DNA of 63,816 nt, filler included, from Deltaproteobacteria bacterium (GCA_016283195.1; 8 parts of 8 records of this genome joined end to end with filler, not necessarily neighbours in it); one strand, 5' to 3'. Shown: positions 1 to 9,972, counted from the first letter of the whole stretch. Notes: generated by a model from the letters alone, not told the origin. A program made the numbers and translations.

Positions 1-93
1 AGAACTAGCCGCAGCCGCTCCATCTTCTTGAGCGAAAGACCTGGAGGAGACACATAAGAGCACTGCACACACTAACAAAGCTATCTTTTTCAT
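1..93 (-). CDS. Secreted protein, N-terminal fragment (runs off window start)
   Basis: Manual translation MKKIALLVCAVLLCVSSRSFAQEDGAAAASS; signal peptide ending SFA|QE; AGGAG SD at 101-105. Confidence 0.7.
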   Translation of the reverse strand, partial: MKKIALLVCAVLLCVSSRSFAQEDGAAAASS

Positions 94-182
94 AACGCTA
101 CTCCTTTCAAAAGCTTAACAGCGTTAATAAATTTGCGCATCCGTAGCTTTTTTTTTAAGCCCCGAGGCACAACAAAAAGCCT

Positions 183-198
183 TGCAAAAAGCATGCCA
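183..198 (-). promoter_or_regulatory. Sigma54 (-24/-12) promoter
   Basis: Minus strand TGGCATG-CTTT-TTGCA matches TGGCACG-N4-TTGCW with correct spacing; oriented toward the ORF starting at 93. Confidence 0.75.
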
Positions 199-291
199 GT
201 TTATTGCAATAGATAATTTAGTGTTATTTCAATAGGTTATTGCGTGATGCTCAGAATGTTATTTATTTTTTTAGCTATGGCTGGCAGAAAC

Positions 292-309
292 TATGACAAT
301 AATGTCATA
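292..309. promoter_or_regulatory. Palindromic upstream activator site (candidate bEBP binding site)
   Basis: Perfect 7-4-7 palindrome TATGACA-ATAA-TGTCATA about 95 bp upstream of the sigma54 element; IHF-like TTTCAATAGGTTA at 227-239 lies between them. Confidence 0.55.
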
Positions 310-348
310 AAAAATGGTTTTATGGCTGAAAAAAATATTTGTTATTTT

Positions 349-600
349 TCACCCCATGTATGATTCGTCCTGCCGGGTGCGGCTTAAGGCCCAATCGAAA
401 TTGCCGCTCGTTACCACCGTGCCGCAGTATTCATACTTACCGGCCTGATTAAGCTTAATCTCCGCACCGCAATTCGGGCATTCATGCGAATTATAAGCCT
501 TTTCGCTAAAATCGCGGCTTCTGATAAAAGTCCAATATTCGGTAAAGCTGCGCGCCTTAAATCTATCGCCGGAGGTAACCTTACCGCCAAACATAATCAA
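349..600 (-). pseudogene. C-terminal remnant of a TIM44-like/zinc-ribbon domain protein
   Basis: TEYWTFIR...CPNCGA...YCG...SGNFDW resembles the C-terminus of bacterial Tim44-like zinc-ribbon proteins; the N-terminal part is missing or interrupted. Confidence 0.5.
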
Positions 601-798
601 GCATGGACCAGGTATTTAGGCGGAATTTAGGGAATTTACGAAAATTTTTAGCCATATTTAACCTTTGGGTAAAAAAAGCCACTCCACGCCCCAAATCACC
701 CCCACACCCAGAGCGAGGCTAAGTAAAACATAGAGGAGCGCCACCACTAAAAAATTCAGCATTTTGTCACATTTCTTTTTAAATTCATGATGGTTATC

Positions 799-1551
799 TT
801 ATTTTTTAAACACATAATAATTTTGGTATGGCAAAAGTTCATCCAGGCGCTTTTCCAGCCTTAGGCCGGAACTTTGGGCAATTTCTATTAACTTTTCCGG
901 CGCCATTTTGACACTCTCCGGCGGGCCGCTGGGCAAGTCGCCCGGCTTAAACTCAATTATGTGCATTTGCGCGCCGGGTGGGAGCTGGGCGGTGATGCCG
1001 GTTAGCCAGTCTTTAGGGCTTTTTACATGGTGCAGAACATCGCAAATAAAGACAATATCTATATCCTCCGGCAGCTTGGGCTTTTCGGGGTCAATGAGCA
1101 ATACTTCAATATTTTTGGCTCCTTGCGTCATGGCTTTGTGGTGAATATGGCGCACCATTTCCGGCTCCACATCGGCGGCAAAGAGGCGCCCCAGCGGCAG
1201 CTTTTCGGCAATGGGGAAAGAAAAATAGCCGGAGCCGGCCCCCAAATCAAGCACCCGCTCATGGCCCTTTAGCTGCAGGGCGGCCACCACTTCTTGCGGC
1301 TTTTGCCAAGCTTTGCGGCTCTCTTGATCAAGAAAGTTGATATAAGCCTCCATCTGCTCAAAGGGCTTTAATTTACTGGGGTCGATGCCCTGTTTGCGCA
1401 GGGGGCAATCAATGGGCGGATGAGCCGGATCGTGCTTCATAATAGCGGGCTTAGCTGTAGCCGCTTGCCTATCGGCCTCACTTTCACTATTTTTGGTAGA
1501 GTTGCAGGCGCTAAGCATGGCCACACACATGAGTAAACATATTAATTTCAT
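799..1551 (-). CDS. Class I SAM-dependent methyltransferase, lipoprotein
   Basis: Lipobox MLSAC; SAM motif VLDLGAGSGY; DVLHH. Confidence 0.85.
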   Translation of the reverse strand: MKLICLLMCVAMLSACNSTKNSESEADRQAATAKPAIMKHDPAHPPIDCPLRKQGIDPSKLKPFEQMEAYINFLDQESRKAWQKPQEVVAALQLKGHERVLDLGAGSGYFSFPIAEKLPLGRLFAADVEPEMVRHIHHKAMTQGAKNIEVLLIDPEKPKLPEDIDIVFICDVLHHVKSPKDWLTGITAQLPPGAQMHIIEFKPGDLPSGPPESVKMAPEKLIEIAQSSGLRLEKRLDELLPYQNYYVFKK

Positions 1552-1907
1552 TAAGCTTTATTCCTTCTTATAATTTCCAGTTTAGCCAACATCATGTAGG
1601 CTCCGGGCTTTACTTTTATAGCAAAAACTGGGAGGCGGCAAAAGGGAAAAGCGCTGGCGAATTTCTCTTAAAATACTGGCATATTCTCTTTTCGCGAGAC
1701 AAAATATGTGGTTTCCACAAGTTTTACACATAAGCATCCTTGCCACCTTCAATATTTGGCTTATCCTGCCTAGCAGCTTAAGCCGAAAATCCATTGAATG
1801 AGAGCCTTTAATACCATATAATAATCGCCTAAATAGCTAAGCATCCACTATGGATGTTTATGCCAAAGCGCTATTTTATATTGATGCGCGGGTAAGGAAA
1901 AATTTCT

Positions 1908-2246
1908 ATGGCAACTGAAATACGCATAGAGACAAAAGAAGATTCGATATATTTAGAGGATCAAAACATTCAGGCCCTAGCCAGTGGCCAGGAATATCTA
2001 TTTGCTCTGTCGGCAGTAAAAAAAATTGTTTTAATCACCACAGATTTAGGCCCTTTTTTGGATGATATGTGTTTGGCCGTTGATGTGGGGAATGATACGG
2101 TTATTTTTATAATGTCTCAGCATGAATGCTTTAAACCTTTTTTGTTTGACCAAATTGGGGAAGCGTTACCTATTGATTATGATCAAGTAATTGCTGCCGG
2201 AACCTCAATTGAAGACAATGTTTTTGAAATATATAATAGGCCTTAA
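1908..2246 (+). CDS. Hypothetical protein
   Basis: 112 aa ORF with AAGGA SD and globular composition. Confidence 0.7.
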   Translation: MATEIRIETKEDSIYLEDQNIQALASGQEYLFALSAVKKIVLITTDLGPFLDDMCLAVDVGNDTVIFIMSQHECFKPFLFDQIGEALPIDYDQVIAAGTSIEDNVFEIYNRP

Positions 2247-2297
2247 CAAAGATAAAGAAGAGATGATGAGAATCCAGCGCGGAAAACGGGCGGCAGT

Positions 2298-3104
2298 TTA
2301 GAAGACTAGCGCCACTCCGCCGCTAGCGCCGTCCATTTGGCCTCTTCTGTTAATAAGCGGCGCGGCAGTGGGCAGAATCTTTACCCGTTCTTTTTGGGCA
2401 ACTTGGCTATTTTGTTCTTTTTTTTGCATATAACTAGCCATTTTATAAGTGATAATACCCTTTATGCCAAAAAAGACTAAAGCTGTGGCCCCAAAAGCAC
2501 TGATAAAAATAGGTATGGTGTCAATCATATTGGTATTGGGAATAATGCGCTTATTGACACCAAGCGGCGCAGTGAGCCAAATAAAGCCGTAGGAAGCAAA
2601 GGTAAAAATATAAAAAGCCCAGCCCAAAACATCAATAGCCAGATGATATTTATAACTTGGCCAAACAGCTGATGTTTTCACCAAATACGAAGAAAAGGGA
2701 GCAATAAAAGCTGTTTGCAAAAAGTTTAAGCCATCGAGCAGTAAGGCGAAGGTCAAAAGAGCTCCATCATTATGATTGCAGCACTCAAGAAAGCAAACGC
2801 CTCCACGACAGGTGTAGGTTTTTTGTTTCTGGTGATAGCGCATAGTGTAATACATGGCTGCCGAGGCACTGCCCATGGCGATACTGCTGGCGGCAGCACT
2901 AAAAGCCAGAATAGCCGCCGTCAGCGGGCGGGCGCTGTCAAAAGCAATGGCATAAAGGGATTCATCTGGCGGGAGCATATAAGACGGGCGCGTTAAAAAA
3001 GAGGAGCTCTCAGCCTCTTTGACTTTTGGGGCAGCATAAAGCGGGCCGGCAAAAAAAGAAAGAGTTAAAAGATAGGCGATAATTCTTAAACATCTCGTAT
3101 TCAC
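2298..3104 (-). CDS. Hypothetical multi-pass membrane protein
   Basis: Signal peptide plus about four hydrophobic segments; GGAGG SD. Confidence 0.7.
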   Translation of the reverse strand: MNTRCLRIIAYLLTLSFFAGPLYAAPKVKEAESSSFLTRPSYMLPPDESLYAIAFDSARPLTAAILAFSAAASSIAMGSASAAMYYTMRYHQKQKTYTCRGGVCFLECCNHNDGALLTFALLLDGLNFLQTAFIAPFSSYLVKTSAVWPSYKYHLAIDVLGWAFYIFTFASYGFIWLTAPLGVNKRIIPNTNMIDTIPIFISAFGATALVFFGIKGIITYKMASYMQKKEQNSQVAQKERVKILPTAAPLINRRGQMDGASGGVALVF

Positions 3105-3197
3105 AAGAAAATACCTCCATAAAAAACGGAATTATTTTAGCAGAATATGAAAATTAAAGTCAACGGACGGATCAGGGTAAATGTGGGCCTAATTCTC

Positions 3198-3318
3198 AAA
3201 ATTGCCTATGATTTGTGACAAAAAACAACCAAAATTGCCTATAGTTTGTGACATAGTCTACCAAAATTGCCTATGTTCTATGACAAGTTTTTGTTGAAAT
3301 TGCCTATGTTATGTGACA
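3198..3318 (+). repeat. Four 23-bp direct repeats with 33/32/33-bp period upstream of an AAA ATPase gene
   Basis: Consensus AAAATTGCCTATNNTNTRTGACA, copies starting at 3198, 3231, 3263 and 3296. Confidence 0.9.
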
Positions 3319-3374
3319 AATTCATTAAGGTTATGTGGCGTAAAGCCTAATAAACTCCAAACCAGGAGAGCAAA

Positions 3375-4718
3375 ATGGCATTTTATCGGCAAATATTAGA
3401 GGGGCTTCATAGCTGGAAAAAAAATGAGCTACATAAACCATTAATCATTCGCGGCGCCCGTCAGGTTGGTAAAACCACTATCATTAAAGATTTTGGTCAA
3501 ACTTTTGATACCTTTATCATGCTCAATCTGGAGCGTCCACAGGATCGCCGCCTCTTTGAAAGCGAGCTCCCGCCGTCTCAGCTCTTGCAGAGAATCTGTT
3601 TGGAAAAGCATATTCGCCAACAGGGGAAAACGCTCTTATTTCTTGATGAAATCCAGAATTCACCGGCAGCGGTAGCCATGCTGCGCTATTTTTATGAAGA
3701 TTTGCCGGAATTATATGTCATCGGTGCCGGATCATTACTGGAAATTATGATGGATGTGCACAAAATCAGCTTTCCGGTAGGACGCGTTGAGTATTTGTAC
3801 CTATACCCCATGACCTTTAGTGAATTTTTGCTGGCCATGAAAGAAGAGGAGGCTTTAGCCCTGCTCAATGAAACGCCAGTTCCTGAATGGGCGCTTTCCA
3901 CATTATATCAGTTATTTAGAGAATATACCATGGTGGGCGGTATGCCGGAGGCGGTGGCTAATTATATAAAACGACGCTCTATTTTGGACTGCCAGCCAGT
4001 ATATAGGAATCTATATATTTCCTACACCGATGATGTGGCCAAATATGCCAACAACAGCCAGCAGGAACAGATTTTGCGCCTTTATATAGAAGCGGCACCG
4101 CTGGAAAGCGGTAAGCGCATCACTTTTGAAAAATTTGGCGGCACCAATTATAAATCGCGTGAATCAGCTGAAGCGCTGCGTATACTGGAACGAGCTATGT
4201 TAATTTATTTGCGTTATCCGGTAGCCGCCACCGCTTTGCCGCTCCAGCCCAGTTTAAAGCATAAACCCCGCTTACAATTTTTAGATATTGGCCTCATTAA
4301 TTATAAAGCCGATATACAGAGTGTTTATCTAACGGAGATTACTCTAGACGCCATGTATAACGGTATGCTGGCCGAGCAAATTGTTGGCCAAGAACTTTTG
4401 GCCGCTAATTGTTATGAACTCAAAAAACCGCTTTTTTGGGTGCGTGAAGCGGCCGGCTCCAATGCCGAAGTGGATTTTCTTATGTCATATCAAGGAAATC
4501 CCTTGCCCATAGAAGTTAAAGCAGGCAAAACCGGCACCCTGCGTTCTCTTCATTCGTTTATTCATCTTTCCGGAGCGAGTTACGCTGTGCGCTTTTACGG
4601 CGGTCCCATCAGTGTGGAAACAGTCAAAATCACCACCGGCGAAACTTACCGTCTGATAAACCTGCCTTGGTTTTTGGCGGCTAAGGTTAGTCAATATGTG
4701 GCCTTTTTAGAAAATTAG
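3375..4718 (+). CDS. AAA+ ATPase (AAA_14) with C-terminal DUF4143 / PD-(D/E)XK-like domain
   Basis: Walker A GARQVGKT, Walker B LFLDEIQ, GGMPEAV, EVDFL...PIEVK. Confidence 0.9.
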   Translation: MAFYRQILEGLHSWKKNELHKPLIIRGARQVGKTTIIKDFGQTFDTFIMLNLERPQDRRLFESELPPSQLLQRICLEKHIRQQGKTLLFLDEIQNSPAAVAMLRYFYEDLPELYVIGAGSLLEIMMDVHKISFPVGRVEYLYLYPMTFSEFLLAMKEEEALALLNETPVPEWALSTLYQLFREYTMVGGMPEAVANYIKRRSILDCQPVYRNLYISYTDDVAKYANNSQQEQILRLYIEAAPLESGKRITFEKFGGTNYKSRESAEALRILERAMLIYLRYPVAATALPLQPSLKHKPRLQFLDIGLINYKADIQSVYLTEITLDAMYNGMLAEQIVGQELLAANCYELKKPLFWVREAAGSNAEVDFLMSYQGNPLPIEVKAGKTGTLRSLHSFIHLSGASYAVRFYGGPISVETVKITTGETYRLINLPWFLAAKVSQYVAFLEN

Positions 4719-4747
4719 GCGCCTAGGGCAGCGGCCAAGCGACCAGG

Positions 4748-5473
4748 TCACCCATTCTTTTTGGGCTTAAACTGAAAATAGAAACCGAAATGGAGCGCGA
4801 CATAGCCCTGCGGCAAAGCCGGCCAGGGGGTTAAACTGCTGCATGCTCCGCTCGTAGAATTCTGACAATTTTTCTCATGGTAATCATCCGGCATATAGGC
4901 ACTGGAAAAAGCTTCTACTAAGCCCAAATCAAGGCCGATGAAGCCTCGCTTGCTTTTGCCAACATGTAAGTCCAAAGATACTCCGGCTCTAATATCAAAG
5001 TACGCAAAGCCGACAGGCCAGAGGCCAAGAAGAAGGCCGTTAAAGCCGACACCAAGTCCGACAAATGGCGAAAAGACAAAGCGCTTATTAATTATATGAA
5101 ACTTAACAATAGCGTCGACATCCCATGATATGCCCGCGGGAAAAAGGCTATAACCTGCCCCTATACCCCCGGTTACCTGGCCGTATAGACCAAGAGCAAA
5201 GTGTTCACTTTTTTTGTTTTTAAACTTATACCCAACATTAAGACCTAACATACCGGCTTGAACCGGCACATAGCCGGCAAAAAATTCCATGCGGATGCCG
5301 TGGCCGGCAAAAGGTGTCTTACTGGTGGTGCTGAGCGTTTGATTATCCGCTACTTGCGTACTTTCATTCTCCATAGCCGCTGCGCCGCTATCATCGGCGG
5401 ATGTAGATTCTTGAGCGTAGGCCGCGGAGGAGAAAAGGACAAGAGCACTAAAGATTAACAGGAGACGCTTCAT
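4748..5473 (-). CDS. Exported, probable outer-membrane beta-barrel protein
   Basis: Signal peptide AYA|QE; alternating Gly/aromatic strands; aromatic-rich C-terminal strand. Confidence 0.6.
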   Translation of the reverse strand: MKRLLLIFSALVLFSSAAYAQESTSADDSGAAAMENESTQVADNQTLSTTSKTPFAGHGIRMEFFAGYVPVQAGMLGLNVGYKFKNKKSEHFALGLYGQVTGGIGAGYSLFPAGISWDVDAIVKFHIINKRFVFSPFVGLGVGFNGLLLGLWPVGFAYFDIRAGVSLDLHVGKSKRGFIGLDLGLVEAFSSAYMPDDYHEKNCQNSTSGACSSLTPWPALPQGYVALHFGFYFQFKPKKNG

Positions 5474-5664
5474 AATTAACTTCCTTTCCGGTAGAAAATT
5501 TACCTTATTTATCTTATATTTATTATGAAAGTTCTAAGCAACCTCCATTCTGGGGTTATCCGAAGACTTTTTATATGAAATCATTTTTACACCTCTCTTA
5601 GCAGACGCTCTCTTCCAAAGTTCCCCTTATTCCTGCTATACAGGCGTTGCGATAGGAGGCTCTA

Positions 5665-6303
5665 ATGTCTAGGATATTTCACGATAGGCCAAGATTACTT
5701 GTCTTTTCTTTATGCTTTCTGGCCGCCTGGCTCTTTGTGGGGCGCCCCAAGGCGGCTTTAGCTCACTGCCCCGGGTGCGGAATATTTGCCTTTGCTGGTG
5801 CCGATGCCGGCTGGGAGGGCATGCTAACCAAAGGTGATAATTACAAAAAGCTTGATAATGGCTTTAAAGTCAGCCTCTCGGCGGGCATCTCGGCCGCCTA
5901 CTTATTTGGCTTACAAATCGAGCAAGAACTGGGTTTTATCCATTATCGCCCCAAGGCGGAGAGCCTAAGTCTTAACGCCCTTTTTAAAGGTGGTACTTTT
6001 TTTATGTGGCCTTTAGTGGCTCCTCTTCCGCATCTACTTATTATGCCGCGAGTAGGTATTGGTGTTATCTATATGGGAACGCCGGAAGGAATAGAGAAAA
6101 AAGTGCAAAACTTTTTTGGCTTTAAAGCCGCACTCTCCCTCATAATCACCGCTGATGATGATCCTCCAGAAAGCGGTGAATTAAATTTAGGCGGCGGCCT
6201 GGATTTGGATTACACCATGGGAGCCGCCAAAGATAATGTTTTCAGCGCCCAAAATATTTATCATTTTTTTGCTATTAAAGCTAAGTTTCTGGTTACTTTT
6301 TAA
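5665..6303 (+). CDS. Probable outer-membrane beta-barrel protein
   Basis: Signal peptide; amphipathic strands; C-terminal Phe (KFLVTF); AGGAGG SD. Confidence 0.6.
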   Translation: MSRIFHDRPRLLVFSLCFLAAWLFVGRPKAALAHCPGCGIFAFAGADAGWEGMLTKGDNYKKLDNGFKVSLSAGISAAYLFGLQIEQELGFIHYRPKAESLSLNALFKGGTFFMWPLVAPLPHLLIMPRVGIGVIYMGTPEGIEKKVQNFFGFKAALSLIITADDDPPESGELNLGGGLDLDYTMGAAKDNVFSAQNIYHFFAIKAKFLVTF

Positions 6304-6348
6304 ATTTGGCCGGGCGAAAAAGCGGGGGAAAATTGTGAGAAGTCAGCT

Positions 6349-7707
6349 TTATAGCACCGCCGCCATATAATATGGGAGAAAAATCACTTCGTTATCTCGT
6401 TTTATATCACCGTCATAAAGGACGTACTGCAAGCCGACCTTATCGGAAAACTTCGTTTTAAAATTCCGCAGTGATTTTGCTGCCAGCTCCCGGCCGGATT
6501 TTACTTCAAGCGGAACAACTTTTTTATCTTTTCTGATTAAAAAGTCTATTTCCATAAGTGGTTTACCTTTATCGCTGTATTCAACATAAAAAAGTATTTT
6601 ATGTCCGCTACTGCGCAGGCATTGCGCAACCGCATTTTCTACAAACATTCCTTCGTTTATATGCAAACGGTCAGTAAGAATTGCTTTATAAAAATCGTTA
6701 GTTATAAATGACCCATCACCAAAACTGAGATTTATAAGCAAACCTGTATCAAGCAAGTAGCATTTGAAGCGTTCGTTATCCATATTGAGAGTGAGTGCCG
6801 GACTTGGGTCGGTAACATTTCTGGCAATGCTTATGATCATGGCTTCCGCCAGCCAGGTGAGCGGTCCACTATATTCGCGGTACCTAGCGTTTTTATTTAC
6901 ATGTGATAAGCGAAAAGACCGGCTCTTTTCGTGCCTTGAGAGCTCGGAAGGAATGTTGTCCAGAATATTGCCCAAATAGACACTGTTTTCCTCTTTTTGA
7001 ATTTTGATATCGTTTCGGTAAAGAGCCAGAATTTCTTTTTTGGCAAAATCGACTTTTTCAAAATTCTTTGTCTGGACATATTTTACAACTGCTTGCGGCA
7101 TTCCGCCCACACACATATATTCTCTGAATTTTCTAAAAATATCTTTGTGCAGTTTACCAAGCGGTTTAGTGTTTTCATAACTGCTTTTTATAATGGAAAA
7201 CGTGAATTCATCGCCAATTGCCCAAAGAAATTCCTCAAAATCAAGCGGGAACATTTCTACGGCATATTCTTCAGAAGGAATCAGTATTTCCGCTTTTTCG
7301 GTCCTCTTTTTTATACCGGCTAGAGAGCCTGTTTCGATATAATCGTATCTACCATCCGCCAGCAAGGTTTTCAGCGCCTGACGCGCCAAAGGGTAAAGCT
7401 GTATTTCATCTAAAATAATCAGCGATTCGCGCTTATAAAGCTTTTTTCCGTATTGCAGCTGAATGACATTAAAAAAATAATCTAGGTCCAAAAGGCTGTT
7501 TACGAAAAGATCGCGAATAGTGTCATTGGTCGATTGAAAATTTATAGTTATAAAGGATTTATATGCGCTTCTTCCGAGCTCTTCCGCAATCGTTGTTTTG
7601 CCGACACGGCGGGCGCCTTGCAAAAACAAGGCATACTCGGGGGCATATTCGCTTTTCCATTTGAGTAATTCCCTAAATATCTTTCTTTTCAATATGATTT
7701 CTGCCAT
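6349..7707 (-). CDS. AAA+ ATPase (AAA_14) with C-terminal DUF4143 / PD-(D/E)XK-like domain
   Basis: GARRVGKT, IILDEIQ, GGMPQAV, EIDFL...PLEVK; start set at MAEIILKRK (7707, AGAGG SD) rather than 7791. Confidence 0.9.
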   Translation of the reverse strand: MAEIILKRKIFRELLKWKSEYAPEYALFLQGARRVGKTTIAEELGRSAYKSFITINFQSTNDTIRDLFVNSLLDLDYFFNVIQLQYGKKLYKRESLIILDEIQLYPLARQALKTLLADGRYDYIETGSLAGIKKRTEKAEILIPSEEYAVEMFPLDFEEFLWAIGDEFTFSIIKSSYENTKPLGKLHKDIFRKFREYMCVGGMPQAVVKYVQTKNFEKVDFAKKEILALYRNDIKIQKEENSVYLGNILDNIPSELSRHEKSRSFRLSHVNKNARYREYSGPLTWLAEAMIISIARNVTDPSPALTLNMDNERFKCYLLDTGLLINLSFGDGSFITNDFYKAILTDRLHINEGMFVENAVAQCLRSSGHKILFYVEYSDKGKPLMEIDFLIRKDKKVVPLEVKSGRELAAKSLRNFKTKFSDKVGLQYVLYDGDIKRDNEVIFLPYYMAAVL

Positions 7708-7721
7708 GCGCCAGCCTCTTT

Positions 7722-7814
7722 TCACAAAATCTCCGCTTTTTTTAGTGGCAGATTTCACAAAATCTCCACTTTTATAGAGGCAAAATATCACAAAATCTCC
7801 ACTTTCTCCACTTT
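7722..7814 (-). repeat. Three 18-bp direct repeats with 33-bp period upstream of an AAA ATPase gene
   Basis: Plus-strand TCACAAAATCTCCRCTTT at 7722, 7755 and 7788, plus a partial TCTCCACTTT at 7805. Confidence 0.9.
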
Positions 7815-7897
7815 TTCTTATTTTGCGGGCAAAAAAAGGGCATTAAAAGAGAGATGAAGCAGCGATAAAAGAGCTCTTATGAGGTAAGGGAAAGTAG

Positions 7898-8719
7898 CTA
7901 AAATTTAAGCGCTTTTCTAATAGTGAGCGCCTCTTCGAGCAGAGCTTTTAACTTATCCAGCGGCCAAATATTGCTGCTATCCGAGGGCGAGCGCTCCGGC
8001 TCTTCATGCACTTCCAGAAAGAGGCCGTCGATGCCGGCCGCCACGGCCGCCCGCACCAGATGGGGAATATATTCTCTAAGGCCGCCGGTGGCTCCGCCTA
8101 GGCCGCCCGGCAGCTGCAGTGAATGAGTGCCATCGTAAATCACCGGATAATTTAGCTTTTTCATAATGGGAAAGGAGCGCATATCCACCACTAAGTTGTG
8201 GTAACCAAAACTTACTCCCCGCTCGGTGAGGAGAATTTTGTTATTGCCCTGGGCCGCAATTTTGGCCGCTGCCGGGCCCATATCTTCCGGAGCCATAAAT
8301 TGCCCTTTTTTGATATTTACCGTTTTGCCGGTGCGGGCGGCCGCTTCCAAAAGGTCGGTCTGGCGGCATAAAAAAGCCGGAATCTGAATAATATCGGCAA
8401 CTTTGGCTACTTCTTCGGCCTGCCAGGGCTCATGAATATCGGTGCAAATGGGGAGAGAGAGCTCTTCTTTTACTGCGGCCAGCATAGAAAGCCCCGCCTC
8501 TAAACCGGGGCCGCGATAAGCCGTGCCGCTGCTTCTATTGGCTTTAGTAAAGCTGGCCTTAAAAATATAGGGCAGGGAAAGCGCGGCACATATCTTCTTG
8601 ATTTCGCCGGCCAGCCACAAAAGATGCTCTTCGCTTTCTATGACGCAGGGGCCGGCAATGAGGCAGAGCGGCGCACCTTCGCCGCAGCAAATATCTTTAG
8701 TTATCGCCACCTTAGCCAT
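7898..8719 (-). CDS. kdsA: 3-deoxy-8-phosphooctulonate (KDO8P) synthase
   Basis: IAGPCVIES, KANRSS, QIPAFLCRQTDL, NIKKGQF, ERG..FGY.NLVVD motifs. Confidence 0.95.
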   Translation of the reverse strand: MAKVAITKDICCGEGAPLCLIAGPCVIESEEHLLWLAGEIKKICAALSLPYIFKASFTKANRSSGTAYRGPGLEAGLSMLAAVKEELSLPICTDIHEPWQAEEVAKVADIIQIPAFLCRQTDLLEAAARTGKTVNIKKGQFMAPEDMGPAAAKIAAQGNNKILLTERGVSFGYHNLVVDMRSFPIMKKLNYPVIYDGTHSLQLPGGLGGATGGLREYIPHLVRAAVAAGIDGLFLEVHEEPERSPSDSSNIWPLDKLKALLEEALTIRKALKF

Positions 8720-8720
8720 T

Positions 8721-9306
8721 TTATCGTTCCTCGGCAATGGGCGGCAAGAGAGCTTCTATCTCTTTTAATTGCGCCGGTGTATCCACGCCGAAAAAGCTCT
8801 TTTCCACCGCCACTAGGCGAATTTTGTAACCGTTTTCCAGCACTCTTAGCTGCTCCAGCTGCTCGGTCTCTTCCAGCGGGCTTTTAGTCATCTTACTGAT
8901 TTTTAATAAGAAATCGCGGCGATAAACATATAAGCCAATATGCTTATGGGGAATATATCTGTTCCCGCGCGCCCTACTCGGAATGAGGCTTCTGGAAAAA
9001 TAGAGGGCATTTCCCTGTAAATCACCAACCACTTTGACAATATTCGTGTTATTTAGCTCCGCTTCATCATGGATAGGGGCCATCAAGGTGGCCATGGGCA
9101 GATTGTCATCTTTTAAAAGCGGCTCTATGGCTTTTTCAATGGCTAAAGGCTCAATAGCCGGTTCATCGCCCTGCACATTGACGACAATATCGGCATCTAT
9201 GGAAAGAGCCGCTTCGGCCACTCTATCGGTGCCGGAGGCGCAACTCTCCGAAGTCATTACTACTTTTCCGCCAAAAAGGCGCACCGCTTCTTTTATGCGT
9301 TCATCG
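8721..9306 (-). CDS. kdsB: CMP-KDO synthetase, 5'-truncated by contig end
   Basis: SGTDR, VNVQGDEP, ALYFSRS, HIGLY.YR, LEQLR motifs. Confidence 0.93.
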
Positions 9307-9406
9307 NNNNNNNNNNNNNNNNNNNNNNNNNNNNNNNNNNNNNNNNNNNNTTAATTAATTAANNNNNNNNNNNNNNNNNNNNNNNNNNNNNNNNNNNNNN
9401 NNNNNN
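9307..9406. other. Artificial contig spacer (also at 15455, 31791, 37477, 45272, 55328 and 60990)
   Basis: N44-TTAATTAATTAA-N44 six-frame stop linker. Confidence 0.98.
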
Positions 9407-9966
9407 AATTTGCCTAAGTTTTTAGGCTCCAGCAATAAATAAGAATCGCGCGAAGTGCTGGCCACCTCAATACCCATAAGCCGGTTAAGCGGCGCTGTAA
9501 AAGGTCTTTTGCGCGAATAAGGGTGCGCGGCGATAGAGAGGGCCTCTTTATCTTTGGCAATAATAGCCTCAGGTACGCTGCCGCGCTCCGGCAAATTTTG
9601 GGGATTTAAGAGCACCATGTGGCCGGCACTTGTAGAGGTCTCCAGGCCAGGAGCAAATAGTAAATCCTCAGTAATATAGGGCTTTTTAATGTCAATGACA
9701 TCGTGGTCGGTGATAATGGCAAAAGTGAGATGATTATCTTTTAAAGCTTTAGCTATAGCCGCCGGTTCACCTTGGGAATCATGTGAAAACTTAGTGTGCA
9801 CATGATAAGCCCCCGGCCGCTGTTCCGGCCACCACTCCGGGGCTTGGCCTTCCGGGCTGAGCGGTGCCAGGGACAGGTGCCATGCCAGTATGGTCAAAAG
9901 GAGAATAAAGGCCACTAGCAAAATAGCAAAATGCTTGATATGTTTAATTATTTTTTTGAGTAGCAC
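9407..9966 (-). CDS. PHP-domain phosphoesterase, 3'-truncated
   Basis: HVHT..SHD, ITDHD, AHP motifs; N-terminal TM helix. Confidence 0.8.
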
Positions 9967-9972
9967 TAAGAA

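Noticed and set aside
3198-3318. Possible CRISPR array (also 7722-7814)
   Set aside because: Gaps of 9-15 nt are far too short for spacers, the repeats are degenerate and non-palindromic, and no cas genes are present.
7708-7791. N-terminal extension with KSGDFVK repeats on the ATPase
   Set aside because: It is simply the 33-bp DNA array read in frame; the family-like start and SD are at 7707.
9307-9406. Recurrent TTAATTAATTAA palindrome within N runs
   Set aside because: Artificial contig linker; adjacency across these spacers is not biological.
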